64,000 nt of DNA from Balanoglossus misakiensis. Its lineage: Eukaryota > Animalia > Hemichordata. The notes beneath the pieces were generated by a model, which did no database searches, had not been told where the DNA came from, and saw only the letters and a program-made list of their open reading frames with translations. Below, in pieces: positions 11,701 through 22,946 of this stretch. A program made the translations under genes and the position numbers. The DNA is taken from positions 14,267,903-14,331,902 of the forward strand of contig CM082577.2 of the NCBI GenBank assembly GCA_040954595.2, read 5' to 3'. Within the stretch, counting starts at the first letter, position 1. Every line of letters begins with the position of its first letter.

Positions 11701-14700
11701 TAAACTGCTCAGTGTTAATGGTGAAGTGAACACATGCTTTAAAATGCCTAGAATTTTGCAACTCTTTTTAACCAGAAGTATGGAAAAGAATTCAGTGATT
11801 CTCAGTCTCAGTGGATAAGTGGTATGGCCTTTTTTATTGATAAATAATTCGGGATAAGAGATACAACCTGGAGTGGTTCAGCGCTTAAAAGATTCAGAGA
11901 AGTCGTCTGTGTACACTGCCCGAATATCGTCATCTCACTGAGCAGCCCGAGATGTACCTTCCGTGAAGCGGTTTACTTCGATATTGTAGCAGTTTTAATT
12001 ACTTTTAAGGTGCTATACCACAACAGCGCAGTTCGTATAGCTGGGCTCCAAGTGGTCAAGACAACACTTAATGAGAAACTGCACCAATTTCTTCTATTTT
12101 GCTAACTACCAATTGCCAGAGATCACTGCTGTTTGCCTCCGGCGACGTAGTTATACCCTGTGCATTTTCCATCGTTTCAAATGATACGCGTATTAACTCC
12201 AAAGGAAAGTAGAAATGACGATAAACATTTCCTAAAATTTGTCTGTTCAAATCGACGCTAATGCATTTAGTTAAATATTTTCGATCAAACCCTGTGAAGG
12301 TAAAACGGTAGATCCTTCAAGCGTTGTTGATTGTATCTTCGCCCGCCAACTTGGTCTTGATCTCCGCTGGGGATACTGTCAAAGACTGGTGTGAGCGGTC
12401 ACCATGTGTTAAATGACGCTGCAAAACTACCGTACTTTGCCAATCATACGCTGAATCAGCAAAGTTACAGCTGCTTCAAGAGGCAAAGTTCTGCTTTATT
12501 GTTGTACATTAAGTGCAGGAGCGTAACCCCACATAATTGTGCACTTTGGGTTAAGAGCATGACATTTGGTACAGTTATGCATTGAATCATGGCGGACATT
12601 TTCCAATATGGATCCCAAACGTCAGTGCCCTCTAGTGTCAAGAAACTAACAGTCACACTTTCCCCGAGTTTTTTTTTTTATTTATTTATTTATTTATTTA
12701 TTTATTTCAGAGAAAAAAAGGAATTCAAAGCAAGGGAAGTCAAAAACATAAAAACAAAAGGAAGGTGAGGGCAAAGAGCAAAAGCAAATCAAGAACAAGA
12801 ACAACTATTGTCATAATCGAGAATCTGAAGACATCACAGTGGCAGGATTACTTTCCATTTATCGTGAAAAGGTTGATTTTTCCATTTTTCTTTGCAATAT
12901 TTTTATCTGAGATTACAATACTTTTAGCTTTTTCAATGAAAACAGCAAGAGACGGTTTCTCATTTAAAAAACGAATTGCATATAAATGGTACTTGGCTAC
13001 AATTAATAAATGGCACTTTCCCCGAGTTTATTAAGGTGGCATTGCATGAAACCGTCGGGACTTTTTCAGAGGCCTATTTCTAATCAAAGACAACGTTAAA
13101 AAACCCATTTTATGATATTATGTCATTAAATTTAAATTAGGTACAAAAGTTGACCATGCATCATGCATCTTAATATGTCATTCGAAACTAGAGTACACGT
13201 GCAAAAAAACGGTAATTTGGTTTTGCGTTATCTGCTTCCATTGAGGAGTAACAGCGTTTGAAAGTTAGATTTTTAGTAAAATTTGATCAAATTCACGGTG
13301 AGTTGTATTGAATCAGAGTTTATTCCCGCCAGGGACACTTTATCGACTAACAAAATACCGTTTTGTTGGATGGGTCATACACAATCTCCTGTTAAAATTT
13401 GAGCAAATTCGGCCAACGCAGAGCGAAGCTATTTTCGTCTGAAGTTGTCAAGAGCAGCGAAAATGCAAACTGAGAAAAACGGCCATTTGCACTGTTGACA
13501 CCTATTTGTTAAGCTGTGAACTCATTCAGAAAAGTGCTATTTTGGGGTGATTATGCACCATTTCCGCCAAGACGTATTAGTCAGGATGTGGGTCAGTATT
13601 AGGCCTACCGATTTATGTAAAAATGTAAAATTTGGCAAAAATCACAAGTTTTCATGCAATGCCACCTTAAGTTGCAAAGTTGAACTTTTCTAATTAATGA
13701 TATATTTCCAAAACATCATCACAAACTCAGTGGAAATTAATTGTACAGGTATTTATCTCACGGTCATCTCAATGTCCCATGAAATAATTTATGATATCAC
13801 GTTCATAAATTGTAGTTTGTATATTATCGAACTTTTGCTATTAGTGGTGTACGTCAGTAGTTACTACACATGCAGCTAGGCTGAAATTATTTCGTAAGTG
13901 AAACTAATATTGTTTTATGCGGAGAACCAACACACTCTAAATAATATGACAAGATACAACTATTGAGCTGTTAAAAGTTTGTTTTCTCATCATAAATTTT
14001 AACCTAGAATGTTCCCCTGCCAGAGGAAATAGTGAATATTAGCCATAGCAATTTTATCTTGAGCAAAAAACCTGAAATTCATATTGTCTAACGATCTAAT
14101 TATTTTCCTGACAAGTGCAAATTAGTCAACACTGTCAGAAATTCCCCAGAGAGAAAAATTGATCGTGTCGGTGGGAGCTAGCTTGAACAGTATTAATGCA
14201 GGCTGATGTTGTAGGGGGCTACAATTTTAGGGGTATCGAGGGAGCCTGTGGTATGAAAATGAGAAACTGTTAATATATTTACGCATATGCACGGAGATAT
14301 TTAGGCGCGCCTTCACAGCGACGGACATTTCACAGTAGACGTATTCCAATATGTCTAGGCTGAGTAGAGCAATGTGTTCTAATGACACAAGAATTTAATT
14401 TATAAGGTGAAATAGATAAATAACAAGTGACCTATCGGTCAAAAGAGCTCTGCTGACTTTAACAGTGTAACCTGGGCAATGATATGAATACCCTCGGTTT
14501 TAATCATAACAATTGCATTCTATAGAACAAAACCAAACATAGACATCACAAGTATTTATCCAAATTCAGCTTGATTCATTGTGCTAAAGAAAGAAAGAAA
14601 GAATTGAATCCTAAAGAACAACATCAAAAGGAAGCACCAATGTTCTAATTTGCATATTCATGACCCCATCAAAATTCCAATTAACAAAATCAGGTTGGGG

Positions 14701-16649
14701 CACCATAACACACATTCCTACCAAATTTCAGCTCCATTGTACATGTAGTTGTGGAGAAGAAGATTTTTACCAAAACTGCTATTTTTAGATCTACTTTGCA
14801 TATTCATGACCCCATCAAATCCAAATTAACAAAATCAGTTAAGGGCACCGTAACACACATTGCAACCAAATTTCAGCTAAATATGCCAAGTTGTTTTAAA
14901 GAAGAAGATTGAAATACCAAAAGTTGACGGACGACGGACGAACACTTATCAACCTACTGCTACAGCTCGGCTGACACAAGTGACAGCAGAGCTAATAAAT
15001 AAAACTCCAAAAGAATTGGCCATACTAATGTCATGATGTCAATTTTAGGCTTGGTACAGGTTAGAAAATATCCTTTCTTCTTTATACAGTGACTGTTCGC
15101 TTTTATTTTCTTCATTTACTTGCGAAATGAGGTCATTTCGGTTGTGGGGGAACTTCCATCTCTTGATATCATTGTGGTGCTTGGCATGGGCTGAAAAATG
15201 TCTTGTCTTAGTGTTTCATAAATCTCTACCAAATAGTACAGTATTTTTCTTGTTGCCATTTTCGTAAATTCCACGCTTCGTATTAAACTCTAAGTACCCC
15301 GAACAGGTGACACCACGCCGGCTCACAATCCACACATTCGGAAGACATAAGGGCCTGGTCAGAATTAACAGGGGGGAGGCCGGTGCGAATCTCAATGCAT
15401 GAAAAATACTGATTCTCCGCCGATTTCTTGCACATAAAATGCTGAACCTCCCCCTTCTCCATGAACAAAATCAAGTGACTCTCCCAACAGTACGTGAAAT
15501 ATCCCATTATTCATTCTGATTTGTACAATCAGAGATTACTCAGTCAAACCAGTCAAAGTCCACATGTGTAGAGAAAATTGTAGACCACTAATAAAAATTT
15601 TGAGAGCATACTTTAAAGGCGAATCTTATTGTCCATTACCATTTCAAATGATTTAGCAAATAATGCATTATTGAAAGAGGAGATACAAGTTTTATCAAAT
15701 AATCAAGCAATTGCATAGCCAGCCATACACAAAAATGAAGTAAAACATGGACACTTAAAACACCTATTTAATCAAACAAAAAGATATTGATTTCCAGACC
15801 CTGTAACACTCTAGGAAACACCCAGTGAGGACAACGCTTCGAAATGGCCCGCTCATTCTGGGAGAAAGTCATATAAACAGGTAGCTGCAATAATTGTAGC
15901 CTTAGTGGTGGGGTGGTGTATCGCTGTCGGCTGGCCTGATCGCTGACGGCAGGCCAACCGACAGCAAAAAACCAGCCCACCACCTAGGCTACAGTTATTG
16001 CAACAAATAAACAGGGCTGTTCATATAGAATAATATAGAACAGTGCCGGTGAAGTTGGTTTTGGAAACATCTCCACACTCACGGATGATTTTCACATTCA
16101 AACTGCCGACGAGAGAATTGGATGGGGAAGTCTATTCAATCGAACGCGGAGTGAATCTTTTAGCTGAATGACATTAATTTCAGAAAATAGATTGATTTCC
16201 AGCCTATACCAAGCACCGAAATGATATCATGACAGTAAGTTGATCAACTATTTTGCTAAAATAAAGCAATTTGAACATCGATCCATTGTCACTGTTCAAT
16301 TTTCTATTTTAAACAAAATGTCCGCTTTAAACGGAAACACGATCAGTGACAGAGACGCTCTCGCGGTCTGTAGAACGTCTTATCCAATTAAAAACTGCAA
16401 CTTTTACAAAGCGACTTCATGAAAGGTCAATGAAACAGTTGTTGACAATCATCAGAGTTCTGTTATCGGAATGTAATCACAAATGCAGTCGAACAGCTGC
16501 AAACAATCAAAATGGTCTATATTAATCTTAAGTAATACAATTAATACCAAGGCACTACTTGCAAAACCACAAAGTTTACTCTTACCTGTTCCTTCGGTTA
16601 TGCGCGTACAGTAGAGCAATAACAGGGAAATTAGGACTAGTTGACACAT
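2761..16649 (-). CDS. Multi-exon cell-surface receptor gene: signal peptide-PAN/apple-SRCR-HYR-(HYR)-GAIN-like, probably polycystin-1-like (or adhesion GPCR); 3' end off-window; may be decaying
   Basis: Phase-compatible exons read by eye: 16649-16586, 10375-10148, 9878-9734, 9323(or 9317)-9142, [6876-6637], 6247-6008, 5435-5413 (tentative), 4716-4626, 3992-3667, 3231-3123, 2876-2761. The C-terminal part ([49 protein letters not shown]) resembles the region of PKD1-like proteins upstream of the GPS. Confidence 0.65.
3667..3992 (-). CDS. GAIN-like/PKD1-like extracellular region exon
   Basis: ttgcag|GA acceptor, ATA|gtaagt donor and open frame [36 protein letters not shown]. Confidence 0.7.
6008..6247 (-). 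CDS. HYR domain exon, downstream copy
   Basis: 240-nt phase 1-1 exon with canonical AG/GT: [13 protein letters not shown]...ASDNS...[32 protein letters not shown]. Confidence 0.9.
6637..6876 (-). CDS. HYR domain exon, upstream copy (splice acceptor appears mutated)
   Basis: [11 protein letters not shown]...[44 protein letters not shown]. The aligned acceptor reads GA where the paralog has AG. Confidence 0.7.
7150..7615 (+). mobile_element. Degenerate HINE-like (Helentron-associated) element
   Basis: 5' short hairpin remnant, (CGT/GTCT)-rich microsatellite (7195-7230) and a 3' subterminal hairpin-like end. Boundaries approximate. Confidence 0.4.
8285..8390 (-). pseudogene. Truncated remnant of a second SRCR 5' exon
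   Basis: cag|TTGAAGGTGACATTCG (VEGDIR) plus upstream intron similarity to 9862-9920; similarity breaks off and a stop follows. Confidence 0.55.
9142..9878 (-). CDS. SRCR domain split over two exons (9878-9734 and about 9323-9142)
   Basis: IRLVLG...[33 protein letters not shown] / [29 protein letters not shown]...[16 protein letters not shown], with canonical splice sites. Confidence 0.92.
10148..10375 (-). CDS. PAN/apple domain exon (absent from the ORF track)
   Basis: 228-nt phase 1-1 exon with AG/GT ends: [16 protein letters not shown]...[31 protein letters not shown]...AVSG. Confidence 0.85.
13035..13666. mobile_element. Non-autonomous DNA transposon (Kolobok-like), copy 1
   Basis: TIR GGTGGCATTGCATGAAA at both ends, TTAA TSD (13031-34, 13667-70). 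Near-identical to 48806-49534. Confidence 0.85.
14420..14998 (-). mobile_element. HINE/DINE-1-like element
   Basis: 5' end TTAGCTCTGCTGTCACTTGTGTCAGCCGAGCT (subTIR plus inverted repeat), GACG microsatellite, internal tandem ~130-bp core, 3' subTIR CAGCAGAGCT plus hairpin TGACCGATAGGTCA. Confidence 0.65.
15882..16006. mobile_element. 125-bp fold-back MITE with 9-bp TSD (Mutator-like)
   Basis: Near-palindromic body; ATAAACAGG directly repeated at 15873-15881 and 16007-16015. Confidence 0.75.
16586..16649 (-). CDS. First coding exon (signal peptide [21 protein letters not shown])
   Basis: ATG, hydrophobic core and phase-1 GTAAG donor matching the phase-1 PAN exon. Confidence 0.7.
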
Positions 16650-16979
16650 CTCAGTATTTCATCCTGTTTTACACGCAAAGCACAATTTAAACTGTGGAGC
16701 ATACAGGGTTGTGACATACAAGTACATCAGTCAGTTGCTATAGGACAGGTACACCTATACGCGCGTTTATTGGTGGTGTTAATACACGTCACTCAACCGT
16801 ACGCAGGCCAATCGCATACGACGGATAATTTGTATAATCACATTGCTTGTATCATTATGCTTTTAAGCATTTGTACACGTCCCTTTTCCGAAAGATGACC
16901 ACAATTCTCGCTGCCTGAAATAGAATTCTGACCCCCTAGGTTAGTATGAAAAGTGTCTAGCGGTCGACACTTTTTCAAA

Positions 16980-17396
16980 ATGGCCGACAGGTTTCGGAAG
17001 ATGCGTGTCGACGAGTTGAAGACATTTTTAAGAGAGGTATTCCCTCATGTGGAAGAAAAAACAAACAAGAATTGGTTGAGTTAGCAAGTAAGGCAGATAT
17101 TAGATACGATGTCATTGAGAAATGTGACCATGACAAAGCTGAACGAAAACGAAGACGTGTTGTTGACGATGACGGTAAAGTTGTCGATTTGTACGGAGCG
17201 GCAGTCGTCTGGAGCCGAGACCTGCAAAGTATGCCTTTTTAACGTTAGGCGATGTGTTCGCATATATTGTGTCTCATTGTAAATGGACTCCAAAAAGACT
17301 GAGTAATTATCGTTCAGATGATGGTTTTTTGATGTACAAGGACGATAATGTTGAAAGTTTGAGTCTTGGGTCGATTGAAACAGGGGCATTGCAATA
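16980..17396 (+). pseudogene. Second transposon gene remnant with an N-terminal SAP domain (frameshifted, truncated)
   Basis: Reconstructed across frameshifts near 17035 and 17240: MADRFRKMRVDELKTFLRE/RGIPSCGRKNKQELVELA...WSRDLQSMPF/LTLGDVFAYIVSHC..KRLSNYRSDDGF. Confidence 0.65.
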
Positions 17397-17974
17397 GATT
17401 ATCCACAACTTTTAATATACTATGTTCATGACCAGTACATTACAGTCTGGTATGGCAGGGCTAATATAGATGATTTTTTCAAATATTATTATTTATTTAT
17501 ATGAATTCTAATAAAATTAATAGAATACAAATATTTACACGTCAGGTTGATTCATTTGTTAAAACAGATGCACTGAGTACATATTCCTAATCGACACTTC
17601 AGTTCACTCAGTTCATTAGAATGGTTGAAATTCATATTAACTGAAGATTAAAATTGAAACCTTTAAAAAAATTGACTTTGACAATGGTGGTAAACTATTT
17701 TGTGGTCCTAGTTAACATTTTTATATATTACAGACAGGAAAAAAGATTGTGGACACAACCCTTCCTGATACACTCACTGTTATGAACTATGATGCAAGTG
17801 TAGTCAATTTATACATGCATTTCATATTAAGGGACACATGAATGGATGTGGTACTCGGTATTAAACATGAAAATTGGAACACACATATATATCCACATGT
17901 AGAATAACATAAACGGTGTCTTGTATCAAATATAATTAATGGAAAAAGGGTAGCGAGAGAAAGACTTTGTCCCC

Positions 17975-20311
17975 TTAATTATGCATTGAAACAAGCGGAG
18001 TGTATTTAACAGGTCTTTTCCGCTTTGACTTGTATTTTCGGAGACGCCTGTCATCCTTACTGTAAAACAATGGCCCTTTCAAATTACACAAAGCTGCAAC
18101 CAGTTGTACTATCATTGATGAAACATTTTGAAGACTACAGGGAATGTGATGTTTAAGGATACGCCAACATTTGACTCGCTGGATCGCACGTTCAACGTGA
18201 ATGCGTAAAGAAGCAATCTTTCTTGTTCTTTTTATCTCTTTAACATTTAACCTTTTCTTTTTTCCATTATACCACTTTCTTGTGAAAGGGGGTGCAATCA
18301 AAACAGCGTCACGCTTTAAAAGCAGATCCTCAATTTGAAAACCCCTGTCCGCCATTACTGCATCTTCGGCATCAATTTTTTCAATCAATCCACTATGTTC
18401 AGTTATATATTTATCTGAAACATTACCTGACCATAAATCACTTACAAAGGTAAAAGCTCCAAATGGTGCAATCCCAAACAAACATTTGTATGTATTGTGG
18501 CTCTTATACTGTGAATAAGTTTTGTATTGTTCTTTCTTATTCCTGGGTCTATCTACAAAAAATTCAGCGCAGTCCAATATCACTCGTGTGTGTGGAAAAT
18601 CCTTTCTAAAATCTAATGGCATCCAACCACGAATCTGTTCCTGAGATGGCCATATCAAGAGTGCTGGAACAAGGGTTTGGTGCAAGTAATATATCCATGT
18701 TATTGTCACTTTGGATACAGTTGAAGTGCTAACATGAAACAAATCAGCCAAAATGAGCAGAGGCAGGTTTAATCTAATACGCATCAAACACATGATGAAC
18801 TGGAAGAATGGCTGCAATTCTTGCCGCCGACCTGGACGCCGACCACCAGTTTTTTCATACTTCTTTTCTTTTGCACTGTCTGAGGTACTCCAAAACTTCA
18901 TACGGTCAACACCAAATTTGACTGAGTTGTAAATACCTGCAGCAGTATAAAAAAAAACAAAAAACACACATATTCAACAACATATCCACAGCAGTACTTA
19001 TAGTTATACCTGTATATTGAATTCATCCAATAAAAGTATATGTTGATTTGTTTGTTTGTTTACACAGATGAAGTATTACTGAGCAGTACATTTTGCATTG
19101 TCTATGATTGTTACATGTTACAGGGGAAGTGCCATAATCATGTGCATTTCCAAGATAGGGATAACACCAGTAAGTACTAAATCAAGTAGGTAGAAATAGT
19201 TCCCTTTAAAATAAGAACACTGAAGGCATAAGTTATACATACCATCAAGAACACTTCTTGACTGGATTCCAGTATAGAAGTTGACTCTCTCATCAGTTTT
19301 TGTAATGACATCAACAATGCGCTTTCCTGGTGGTATTGGTTTAACAAAACATTCCAGTTCACGGATGTCTTCCATAGTCAGATCGGTCTGGGTGGCCATG
19401 TCGGAAAGGTTTGGAGAAGCAGTATGTATATAATCATGATCAGTGGGCTGAGGCATACCAATCCAGCACTGAACCAAAGGCTCCATATCTGTAAAGAAAA
19501 GTTCAATGTCAAAAATATTTCATCACATTTATCACCATCCTTGGACAAAGGCTGAGCTAACTGTAATTTAACCATTCTAGTTTTACCTACTTTCCCATCA
19601 AAGCAGGGGAATTTCAAAAAATGCATGTGCATTTGCCAATTCTGTTCAGTGCTAGCCTGGTATCCATACCCCAGTGTGTTTTAGATAGTAGTGTGTGAAT
19701 CTAAAACACACAGTGGTCTAGATACCAGGCTACATTGTATTTGCAAGCACTGGAGGAAAAAACTCGTCTAATAATATGCATATAAGTTTCAGCTTTCAAT
19801 ACCTCTGTGCGATTGAAGCTTGATTCTTTCATGTATATACATGTTAGCAACAGATTAAAGAACAATTCTTTCATTGAAACTTACGCCCAACTCGTAATGT
19901 CTCTCTCTCTGAGTCTGGTACGATCTCTGGCGGCTCCGCTGCTCCATGATCAGATGACCTCGCCTTGTCGAGTTTTATCAGGGTCGATGACGAGCGTGTA
20001 TTCTTCACTTTCCCCCAGTTGTTCCACTCAAAATATTTGGGATCGCCTTGCGCAAACCCTCTTTCATCAAGTTGAAAATTGTCGAAATGTCTGGAGCACA
20101 GTCGCGATCGCTTGTTGATTTTTAACACGTCCTGTATCTTGTTGCAGCAGTCTTTCCCTTCCCTCCGCACCAGTCTCTTCCATCGAGCTTTTGCATAGCG
20201 ATTACGGGGCCATTTGACCCAACGAACTGTCGACATCCATGGATGTCTGTTTAAGTGTTTCAATTTCCTGGAATCCGATCCACATTCTGCCGATTAACAC
20301 TTGAATACCAT
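17975..20311 (-). pseudogene. THAP-HTH-DDE_Tnp_4 transposase, 3 exons, with an early nonsense codon
   Basis: Exons 20311-19885, 19488-19243, 18936-17975 (1635 nt, in frame). THAP MVFKC*SAEC...WP...W...LCSRHF with TAA at 20294-20296; HTH LADLFHVSTSTVSK; DDE motifs ILDCAEF, VMADRGF, RIHVERAI. Confidence 0.88.
19653..19732. mobile_element. 80-bp fold-back MITE (TAG...CTA ends) in a transposase intron
   Basis: TAGCCTGGTATC...GATACCAGGCTA with palindromic interior; no clear TSD. Confidence 0.6.
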
Positions 20312-21844
20312 CTCTGTCAGACGACAGTCGAAATAACAGCATACAAAACACTAAAATTCAAGATGGCCGCCAAAAAGTGTCGACCAATCTCCCATGATGC
20401 ATTTCAACTTCCCGTGAATTTGACCCCCTAGCAACAAGTGAAAACCTATTTAAGGCAGCGAGAATTGGGATTATTATACATTGTATATGATTATATGTCA
20501 TGAAATAAATCAACGGACTTCAATGAAACTGCGTTGACATTTTTTGCAAAGTGCTTGTTATTTTAGTAAGAATAAGTGCAGTCTACGGGATGTGGTTTGG
20601 CCCAATGGTTCTGTACCCGCGATTTGATGTGGGGAATGCAATATTAGCCAGTTTTCACCACTGTATTGCAGATTTTATATTCCCGAGCTAGGGTGTTCAA
20701 GTATCTTAATTTTCTGACTTAAAATCCCAATTAAAATAAATATGAAACCTTTAATAAGGCAGGAGCGTAATTAACAAGAAATATTTGCAAAGTTGTTATT
20801 TAATGAACGGCTCCATATAGTGCCTTGTTCCACAAAATACAAGGGACACATATACTGTATATGCTGATGACATATGCGAATGTTGGTCAAATGTCATCCA
20901 GAAGTTGGGTTAAATTCTGGGCCCGGGCTGATCCATCGTCGACAAAACGAACCCCACTGGTCACTTTTTAGCATGGCATTAAATATGCACAAATATAAGA
21001 AATAAAGAGAAGCCTATTATGCAGATATGGTTAATCTAAGAGGACCACTATGCAAAAGTCGCCGCACAAATGAGTAGTCACCCAACCATTCCGAACTGTC
21101 AAATGGTTCTTGAGATAACGTTCTTGAAGAAGTTTTTTCAAGGATTTTTGTCATTTCTCAGAAACTAACATGGCCACCAAAGGAATTTTAAGAGCTCAGT
21201 GCGCGTGCCGGAGGCTCGTTTAATGACTTCACGTTTAAATTTCTAATGCAATTTCTCTCTAGTATACCTGACACTCTGTGTTTCTTTTCTCCCGAATATG
21301 TATTCTTCAAGAGGTGTCAAATGACATTATTAGATCGTTAAATTGCTTTTATCAATATTTAACTAAATTGAAATGCCTGTAACAATTGCTCAATTTCTAT
21401 CTCTTTCACGAACGTTTTTCTTAAATGGCTGGTCAATACATGGACATTGTAACCCATCCATCTAATCTGTTTCCTACGTACTATATTAATGTCATGCTGT
21501 ATGCGTCATTTCTGGTCTGATACAAAAGCTTAAACTGAGGCCCTGGAGTGAAAGCGTTGAATACCATACAGTATACACATATAAATATTAAAATGTTTTG
21601 AATAAAGGTCAACGGTTAGGAAAAAAATGTCCATAAATTGACAATATATTTAAAGCAATTTATGTCCAAAATTCAACGCAGATCAGTGGCCTGCAGTAAA
21701 CACCCCCCCCCCCCCCAAAAAAAAATAAGTAGATGTGTGCATATCCATGTAGTAGTCATTGAGCAGAAACAAAGCATTTCTCAACTGTCTTGATTGACCA
21801 CAAACTTATTTACGTCATCCATATGATACAGCACGGAAAGTTTT

Positions 21845-22460
21845 AACCGCAAATGCCATCGGCTTCTACAGGAATTTTACGAGCTACTTGCGAAAGGCGG
21901 CACGGCGCTGATACATGTTCGGTGTCTAAATTAATAAATTGCAATTTGCAGTATAACGACAGATTGCAAGAGGCATAGTGTATGATATGTTGTTTAAATT
22001 TATAATGCAATTTAACAGTAGCTGGAAAACGTCTCCGTACGTGTGAACTCGCAAGTCTCCACATCTGACAACGATGACTTCGTTCACGTTCAGCGACGAA
22101 AACGGAAGAGAACCCAGCCTGTGATTGGAACTGCGCCGAGTACTACAGCTGGCCTTCAAGGCGCAAGACCGCGGCGTGTATGTACACTTTTTGTGTCCCG
22201 GTTGAATCCAGCAACAACATGTGAAGATGTTGAGCGCTATGCTGCTGACAAATTTGATGTAGGTGTGAACTGTACAAAACTGAAAACAAAATATGATACG
22301 TATGCTTATGTTATGGTTGAATTATCTGATGTCAACATTAGAGCTGCTCTTGATCCTGTAGATTAGCCTCAGGATACTCTTGTACGAAAATATTATAAAT
22401 CACAGACGCCATGACAGAATGCAAAGTTTCATTTAACTGTCGCTCCGTGAAATCCACCTT
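21845..22460 (+). mobile_element. Non-LTR retrotransposon fragment (ORF1 C-terminus plus start of the APE endonuclease)
   Basis: LFVSRLNPATTCEDV...CTKLKTKYDTYA..V.....LDPVD*PQDTLVRKY (TAG at the usually conserved W), followed by ...SFNCRSVKS-like sequence at about 22425-22455. Confidence 0.65.
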
Positions 22461-22587
22461 TCTTCCTGTGTATGATGCAAGGAACACATAAATGTATACC
22501 ATATATACTAATGACATATGCGAAAGTAGGTCAAAGGCCACCCAGAAGTTGGTTTATTTCTGCAATTTCTCGGGCATTCGTTAAGCG

Positions 22588-22945
22588 ATTTTTAGGGGCA
22601 CAAGCCCATCGGTATTGGTATTATTGGAATTTTTAGGGCCCACGCGCATGCAAGCGCTTGGGCCCTATTGGTTTCGTTGGAATTTTTCAGTCTTTCTTTC
22701 TTTCTTTATTCTTGGTTCCATTTTTCGGCCTGCTAAACTGCAGCACCAACAAGGCTAAAACTTGATAGGCTGAAAGGGGCCAATCAGTAGATGTGCTGTG
22801 ATTCGTGAATATTTAATTAGTCACGTGACCTGGCGGTCATATTACATTTTCTGAAAATCTTTACACAACTTCTCCTCAAAAACTACTGGGCCAATCAAGT
22901 TCAAACTCGGTGAATGGTACACAATCCTCTACCCTTCAAAAATTC
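22588..22945 (+). mobile_element. Two stacked HINE 5' ends (truncated)
   Basis: TTAGGGGCACAAGCCC... then, after a T-run, AGGGCCCACGCGCATGCAAGCGCTTGGGCCCT hairpin. The body resembles 29415ff and 40258ff. Confidence 0.55.
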
Positions 22946-22946
22946 C

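Larger units (their letters stand above)
16902..20467. mobile_element. ISL2EU/PIF-Harbinger-type DNA transposon (about 3.57 kb), inactive
   Basis: 22-bp TIRs CAATTCTCGCTGCCT(G/T)AAATAG (16902-16923, 20446-20467); subterminal inverted GGTCGACACTTTTT (16962-75, 20372-85); two convergent genes. TSD not resolved. Confidence 0.85.

Noticed and set aside
11252-11830. Possible spliced plus-strand gene fragment (MAEK.../gtatgt donor at 11348)
   Set aside because: Frames are interrupted and no domain is recognisable; at most a decayed transposon relic.
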